Assembly (NCBI GenBank): GCA_019661865.1
Contig: JAIFWJ010000004.1
Span: 1 to 57,665 of the forward strand
DNA length: 57,665 nucleotides
Origin: Candidatus Parcubacteria bacterium
GTDB taxonomy: Bacteria; Patescibacteriota; Minisyncoccia; Phycocordibacterales; Zambryskibacteraceae
Direction: 5' to 3'
Shown: positions 53,183 through 57,665 of the stretch, one piece after another
How positions within the stretch are numbered: position 1 is the first letter of the stretch
Layout of the letters: each line of letters opens with the position of its first letter
Position numbers and translations under genes: made by a program
The notes under the pieces: generated by a model
Database searches by the model: none
Told to the model about the DNA's origin: nothing
Seen by the model: the letters and a program-made list of their open reading frames with translations, nothing else

Positions 53183-53976
53183 CTGGGCTTGAGTATTTTC
53201 TTGAGATCAATACCTCGCTTCTGACTCTCTGTGAGAATCTTCAGAGCCTGATCTGTAGAAAGCGGCTCAGCAAGATTGTAAGCCTCGATGAGATAATCAT
53301 AGGCCACATTCTCTGGATCATCGAAGATGTAATTCTTCTCGCCGCGAATAGCATCGATGTGATCAAAGAACCACAGTCCAGTAGAAGTAGCGACACGAAT
53401 CCATTGACGCATGGCCATGGGTTCATCTTTCTCTTTCAAAATCTTCGGCCGTAGTGCTATAGCATCCATATACAGACTAGCAATTCCTACGAGAGGAAGT
53501 TCTCCAATCTCCTCTTCTATCTCCGCTTGAGTAACGAGGAGAAGAGCTCTCGTGTGATACGGAATCTCGTCCATCGGCTCATTTAGAGGTGTCCGGAAGA
53601 GAGCGTCAGTGACGATGACATGAGCAAGATTGATATCACCACCAAGGTACTCAGGAGCCTTGAAGAAAGTGCGAGAAACGACATCAATTTGGTCGAAGTT
53701 GTTGAGCCCAAGATGGTACGCGACCCAAGCGTGCACTACTGCTCGCCTAAGATGCCAGACTGCAAGTGGTAACTTCCACCAGGGTGACATATAACGCTTC
53801 ACAAGCGAGTAGTGCACGCTCGCCAGCTTTACATGCGCTCCGACTGGGTCAGAGTATTTCTTCAGCTTGAAAGCGACACGTGCTTCTTTCATGATCTTGC
53901 GCGCATTACCGCGCTGCCAGATCTGCTCTCCGAGTTCGTTCACAGTTATCTCCGCATTCGAGTTTGAGTGTGACAA
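53170..53976 (-). CDS. Hypothetical soluble, probably all-alpha protein (268 aa)
   Basis: ORF track. TTG start with a TAGAAT box 7 nt upstream. No family was recognised. It looks GC-richer than the glycan locus. Confidence 0.6.
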   Translation of the reverse strand: MSHSNSNAEITVNELGEQIWQRGNARKIMKEARVAFKLKKYSDPVGAHVKLASVHYSLVKRYMSPWWKLPLAVWHLRRAVVHAWVAYHLGLNNFDQIDVVSRTFFKAPEYLGGDINLAHVIVTDALFRTPLNEPMDEIPYHTRALLLVTQAEIEEEIGELPLVGIASLYMDAIALRPKILKEKDEPMAMRQWIRVATSTGLWFFDHIDAIRGEKNYIFDDPENVAYDYLIEAYNLAEPLSTDQALKILTESQKRGIDLKKILKPRPPK

Positions 53977-54000
53977 TCTTTCTATTCTATTTCTACATTC

Positions 54001-55188
54001 TTACTGCTGCTTTGTCAAGTGAGTCTCTTCTGGTAGATATGCCTCTTGAGTATAAATATTTCCAGCATCCCAGACGAGCCATGAGGGAAGACTAGCGTCA
54101 TTCGTTGCTTTTATTTGTGCTTTCACTTCTGGAGATCCGTAGTTAGCACCCAGGTCGAAGTCTTGTAACCATGGACGGAGTTTACTCTCGGTCGATGTAC
54201 TTATACCTGTATTTATATAAAGTAACAATTCTCTTATACGAGCGGTCGCCATCGAGCGGACAACTATGTCGTAAGGGTGCTCTGCAGGGTTGGCGAACCC
54301 TTGTGTCCCATCTGCATAGTGCGAAGGGTATACCATCGGATCTACGAAATCGAAGTATGGAAGTGCTTTCTCCAGAACTTGTCCGATACCCAAGTCGTCG
54401 TATGAAAGTGTGGTGAGACCGAAGACATCTGCAGAGGTTTTCACTCCGGTGTTCTTAAGATTGTCATGAAGGTAGGAGAAAAACTTTTCTAAATTAGATG
54501 CTTTAGTCGAAGATGCTGTACTCCATGTGAAGTTCATATCTTTGAGATCTCCATCTGAGGGGTAGCGAATGTAGTCGAAATTTATCTCATCGAATCCAAT
54601 GTTGTACGAATCTTTAGCGAGAGTGACAACATGATCCCAGTAAGGCTTAGCAGAGACATCTATAAATGAGAGACCTTTATAATCTTTCCACACATCGCCA
54701 GTAGACTTAGACTTCACAGCCCACTCAGGATGAAGCTTTGTTTCAAGCGGGTCTTGGAAGACTGCAATGCGACCAATGACATATATATCTCTGTCATGAA
54801 GTTTCTGAATAAAACTTTTCATGTCAGTAACTTGGCAGCCATTTCCCTTACTCTCTTGTGCAGAGGATCCAGGGAAGGAAATAGTTCCAGAATAGTCTTT
54901 AATATCTATCACCACCGAGTTCAATTCTGTTGTATCTATAAAGTTGGTTAACTTCTCGCGCCAAGACGGAGTGCCAGCCACACAAGAGGTCATATATATA
55001 CCTTTGGTGGAAGCCGGTGTAGCCACATGTCGAATAAAAGAAGGCGTGGTGGTAGAGATAGAAGTATAAACATTGGACGGTGAAGCGTACTTAGTCTCTG
55101 TAAAGTATGAGAGTCCGAAGTAAACAAGAGGTAAAAAGATAATCCCAACTGTCACGAATAGGATTGTCCTTACTCCTCCTTTCTTCAT
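54001..55188 (-). CDS. Membrane-anchored putative glycoside hydrolase (DUF4015 / TIM-barrel GHL type)
   Basis: N-terminal TM helix. NSVVIDIKDYSGTISF and FDEINFDYIRYP resemble the putative glycosyl hydrolase domain family PF13200 (from memory). Confidence 0.72.
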   Translation of the reverse strand: MKKGGVRTILFVTVGIIFLPLVYFGLSYFTETKYASPSNVYTSISTTTPSFIRHVATPASTKGIYMTSCVAGTPSWREKLTNFIDTTELNSVVIDIKDYSGTISFPGSSAQESKGNGCQVTDMKSFIQKLHDRDIYVIGRIAVFQDPLETKLHPEWAVKSKSTGDVWKDYKGLSFIDVSAKPYWDHVVTLAKDSYNIGFDEINFDYIRYPSDGDLKDMNFTWSTASSTKASNLEKFFSYLHDNLKNTGVKTSADVFGLTTLSYDDLGIGQVLEKALPYFDFVDPMVYPSHYADGTQGFANPAEHPYDIVVRSMATARIRELLLYINTGISTSTESKLRPWLQDFDLGANYGSPEVKAQIKATNDASLPSWLVWDAGNIYTQEAYLPEETHLTKQQ

Positions 55189-55517
55189 TGTTCGTCGGTA
55201 TTAGTTTCTTCTCTTGAGTCAGTGGCTCGTCTTCCGTATAAGTCACTGCGGTTCTGAGGATTGTCTGTGGCCCGCCTACCGTAGAGCTCTGGGTTGGCAG
55301 CAACTTCTGCATCCACTTGCTCTCGTCTACGCGACTGTCTCTTCTCAGCCTTGGCCTTGAGCATAAGCCTACGATCCACTGTCATAAGTACTGAAAGTAG
55401 AACTATAATAAGCCCTGAAGCAACTTGGAAAAATGATTCCCACGAATGCGGAAAACCCAGAACCGGAAGAAGTGCGATAAAAAACCCCAGCGTGAGTACG
55501 ATTCTACTCTTTGGCAT
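55185..55517 (-). CDS. Small membrane protein with a charged C-terminal tail carrying a duplicated LYGRRATD motif
   Basis: 110 aa with two TM helices. The tail reads ..NPELYGRRATDNPQNRSDLYGRRATDSRE. It overlaps both neighbours. Confidence 0.6.
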   Translation of the reverse strand: MPKSRIVLTLGFFIALLPVLGFPHSWESFFQVASGLIIVLLSVLMTVDRRLMLKAKAEKRQSRRREQVDAEVAANPELYGRRATDNPQNRSDLYGRRATDSREETNTDEQ

Positions 55518-56124
55518 TGCGGATATTATAACGAGTTTTAAGAAAAACTCCGAGAGCAGAAACTATTACGATAGCAACGACAAGAAGAATCAAGTGCTCT
55601 ACAGACTTCATGGTATGTACCACTCGAGTAATCTGGCTTTCAAACTTGTACCCTAGAAGGATGAAGAACGGTCCATATATACACGCAGATATGAAGTTGG
55701 CGAGGAAATACTTCTTCGTCGGCACATTTATATAAGCACCTACTATCGGACTTATAAAACGGAAACCCGTAACGAAACGCATAAGGATTACAGCAAGGAT
55801 AGTGTGGTTATGCATATAATGCATGGCCCACTTAAACATTTTCCTCTCTTTGTACTTATCTGGATGAGGTGCAAAACGAGATCCTACCTTAGATAAATAG
55901 AAGAGTAGTGCATCAGCGACGACAGGGGCCGTGGCTCCTATCACAAGCATGATCCACAAGTTGGCATATCCAAGAGCAGATATATATCCTGCAAAGATAA
56001 GAGAGATGTCTTCTGGTATGGGCACGAAATGTCCGGCAAGGACGACTGCGATGAAAATCCCAAGATATGAGAACTGCTGTAACAGTGAGATGTGCTGGAG
56101 TGCAAGAGCGGGAAGGTTGTTCAT
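55504..56124 (-). CDS. DedA-family membrane protein
   Basis: 206 aa. LGIFIAVVLAGHFVPIPEDISLIFAGY and RFVTGFRFISPIVGA are typical DedA motifs. The start codon lies 7 nt downstream of the tRNA-like element. Confidence 0.78.
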   Translation of the reverse strand: MNNLPALALQHISLLQQFSYLGIFIAVVLAGHFVPIPEDISLIFAGYISALGYANLWIMLVIGATAPVVADALLFYLSKVGSRFAPHPDKYKERKMFKWAMHYMHNHTILAVILMRFVTGFRFISPIVGAYINVPTKKYFLANFISACIYGPFFILLGYKFESQITRVVHTMKSVEHLILLVVAIVIVSALGVFLKTRYNIRNAKE

Positions 56125-56131
56125 AAAGTTG

Positions 56132-56190
56132 TGCGCGCACTAGGGATTGAACCTGAGGCACCTTTCGAGTGAGAAGCGAATACCTGGAGC
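56132..56190 (-). pseudogene. Degenerate tRNA-like element (diverged copy of the 3' half of tRNA-Ile)
   Basis: The minus RNA reads ..GCUCCAGGUAUUCGCUUCUCACUCGAAAGGUGCCUCAGGUUCAAUCCCUAGUGCGCGCA. From ACUCGAAAGGU onward it parallels tRNA-Ile. It lacks the 5' acceptor strand and the 3' D-stem, and the T-stem carries a mismatch. Confidence 0.45.
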
Positions 56191-56240
56191 TTCGCAAGAC
56201 CTTTTGAGATATTTTGTCTCAGATCAAGTACCGAACTCCG

Positions 56241-56313
56241 TGCGCGCACTAGGGGTCGAACCTAGGACCTTTCGAGTATCAGTCGAATGCTCTACCAACT
56301 GAGCTATGCGCGC
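56241..56313 (-). tRNA. tRNA-Ile (anticodon GAU), CCA not encoded
   Basis: Hand fold of the 73-nt minus strand: GCGCGCA-UA-GCUC-AGUUGGUA-GAGC-A-UUCGA-CUGAUAC-UCGAA-AGGUC-CUAGG-UUCGACC-CCUAG-UGCGCGC-A. All stems are Watson-Crick paired, with U33 and A37 present. Confidence 0.9.
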
Positions 56314-56386
56314 ACGGAACCCATTACATCTCCTAATTCAATCATTTAATTTATCGAGAACAAAATATCCAAAAGGTGTACAGCTT

Positions 56387-56519
56387 CTGTAAGAAGTCAG
56401 TCGAATTCCTTACAGGAACTGTCCACTCATTGGATCTTTTCTCCGCATGCGGCCAAAAGCTCTCAATGAGTCTTGCGGCTGGGTCCCACCCAGCCTCACT
56501 CTACCAGCTTATGCGCGCA
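56387..56519 (-). other. Structured spacer segment with three stable hairpins and tRNA-Ile-derived fragments
   Basis: Hairpins at 56477-56495 (GGCUGGG-UGGGA-CCCAGCC), 56425-56471 (ACUCAUUG..CAAUGAGU with inner CUUUU/AAAAG and CCG/CGG stems) and 56387-56415 (CUGUAAGGAA..UUCUUACAG). The block 56499-56519 mimics the tRNA-Ile 5' acceptor and D arm. The third hairpin's loop shares the 10-mer tcagtcgaat with the tRNA-Ile gene. Confidence 0.4.
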
Positions 56520-56548
56520 ATTGTGGCTGAAACTATAGCAAAATTGGA

Positions 56549-56576
56549 TAAAAAAACCAGCTCGACCGAGAACTGG
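56549..56576 (-). terminator. Rho-independent terminator (minus strand)
   Basis: The minus RNA reads CCAGUUC-UCGGUC-GAGCUGG followed by UUUUUUUAUCC. It lies 6 nt downstream of the stop of the 45-codon ORF. Confidence 0.65.
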
Positions 56577-56581
56577 TATAG

Positions 56582-56719
56582 CTAACGACTGGCGAAATAG
56601 GCAATGGCTGCAACTACAAGACATATAAACCAAATCCATACCGTCTCACTTGCAACTGTTCCATCTTCCTCATTCACGCCATCCCACGAAGTGTCGTGGG
56701 TCTCCTCCTCTTCTACCAT
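56582..56719 (-). CDS. Candidate 45-aa tail-anchored micro-protein (MVEEEETHDTSWDGVNEEDGTVASETVWIWFICLVVAAIAYFASR)
   Basis: Own translation. ATG at 56717-56719, preceded by GAGGG-tgtc. TAG at 56582-56584. It has its own TTGCAA-16-TACAGT promoter and its own terminator. It is below the ORF-track cutoff. Confidence 0.4.
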   Translation of the reverse strand: MVEEEETHDTSWDGVNEEDGTVASETVWIWFICLVVAAIAYFASR

Positions 56720-56747
56720 GACACCCTCACGGTTGGTATCTTTCCGT

Positions 56748-56775
56748 ACTGTAACTCACATCGAAATTTTTGCAA
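56748..56775 (-). promoter_or_regulatory. Sigma-70-like promoter TTGCAA-16-TACAGT
   Basis: The minus strand has TTGCAA (56770-56775, palindromic) and TACAGT (complement of 56748-56753). Confidence 0.4.
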
Positions 56776-56777
56776 TA

Positions 56778-56805
56778 GAAAAACCGGGGAATTCCCCGGT
56801 TTTTC
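56778..56805. terminator. Perfectly palindromic bidirectional terminator-like hairpin
   Basis: agaaaaa-CCGGGGAATTCCCCGG-tttttc (palindrome at 56784-56799). A U-tract is available on both strands. It lies about 145 nt downstream of the 16S 3' end. Confidence 0.6.
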
Positions 56806-56947
56806 TTATCGTTCTCTATTTTGTTCCGTTCACGTTGACTGTCTTCCCAGTCTGCCAAGAGATTTTAGGATTCTCTAATCCATCCTGTGGTCAATTGAGC
56901 CACATGATATCGACTCAGTCAGTCTCATCTATCGATGGACATTTTCA

Positions 56948-57665
<718 letters not shown>

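Noticed and set aside
52834-53454. Plus-strand 206-aa ORF, and the longer 118-aa version of the minus ORF (52854..53210)
   Set aside because: The plus-strand ORF overlaps two minus-strand genes that each have promoter, SD and terminator signals. The 118-aa extension would run through the terminator at 53156-53182 and the promoter at 53128-53155, so the 77-aa form with AAGGAGGT-ATG is preferred.

Overview
This is a 57.7-kb chromosomal segment that is almost fully coding and mostly transcribed on the minus strand. It uses the standard code 11, since TGA stops sit inside ATGA gene overlaps at 7775-7778 and 9454-9457. A Patescibacteria/CPR-like (Parcubacteria-type) origin is the most likely reading, but this is inference only. 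It rests on a divergent partial 16S rRNA with mismatches at universal primer sites and an expanded helix 40, no 23S gene downstream, giant S/T-rich surface proteins and HTH-TM proteins.

Layout:
- 1-10287: a five-gene cell-surface operon. It encodes an HTH-TM protein, an FN3 protein, a 2106-aa phage-tail-fibre-like protein with an internal Peptidase_S74-type chaperone domain, a small anchored protein and an Ig-repeat protein.
- 10548-17427: a small MerR-type HTH gene plus housekeeping genes (gatB, obg, a MYG1-family gene, a Trx-like gene, a DedA gene, secA).
- 17784-51077: a roughly 33-kb, visibly AT-richer glycan/glycoconjugate locus. It holds an O-antigen-ligase-like protein with TPR repeats, a Wzx-like flippase and KpsF. 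It also holds the RmlA/RmlB pair, a GT2 / UGM-like / GtrA module, GT-C proteins and five GT4 enzymes. Six SAM methyltransferases, AsnB and two SDR epimerases complete the set. Embedded in it is a complete-looking ADP-heptose module (GT9, GmhA, HAD phosphatase, transaldolase, split HldA/HldC).
- 51067-56124: a soluble VirD4/TraG-like ATPase with a charged tail, a GC-richer orphan pair, a DUF4015-like hydrolase, a small membrane protein and a second DedA.
- 56132-57665: tRNA-Ile(GAU) flanked by degenerate tRNA-like copies, a promoter- and terminator-bounded 45-codon ORF, and the 3' ~720 nt of 16S rRNA.

Most notable observations:
- The surface-fibre operon.
- The heptose pathway in an apparently LPS-less lineage.
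- Start codons sitting 6-9 nt downstream of TATAAT-like boxes (leaderless architecture), together with a 16S 3' tail that lacks CCUCC.
- The scrambled tRNA-like spacer between the 16S gene and the DedA gene.

All family assignments come from motif recognition by eye. No searches were run.
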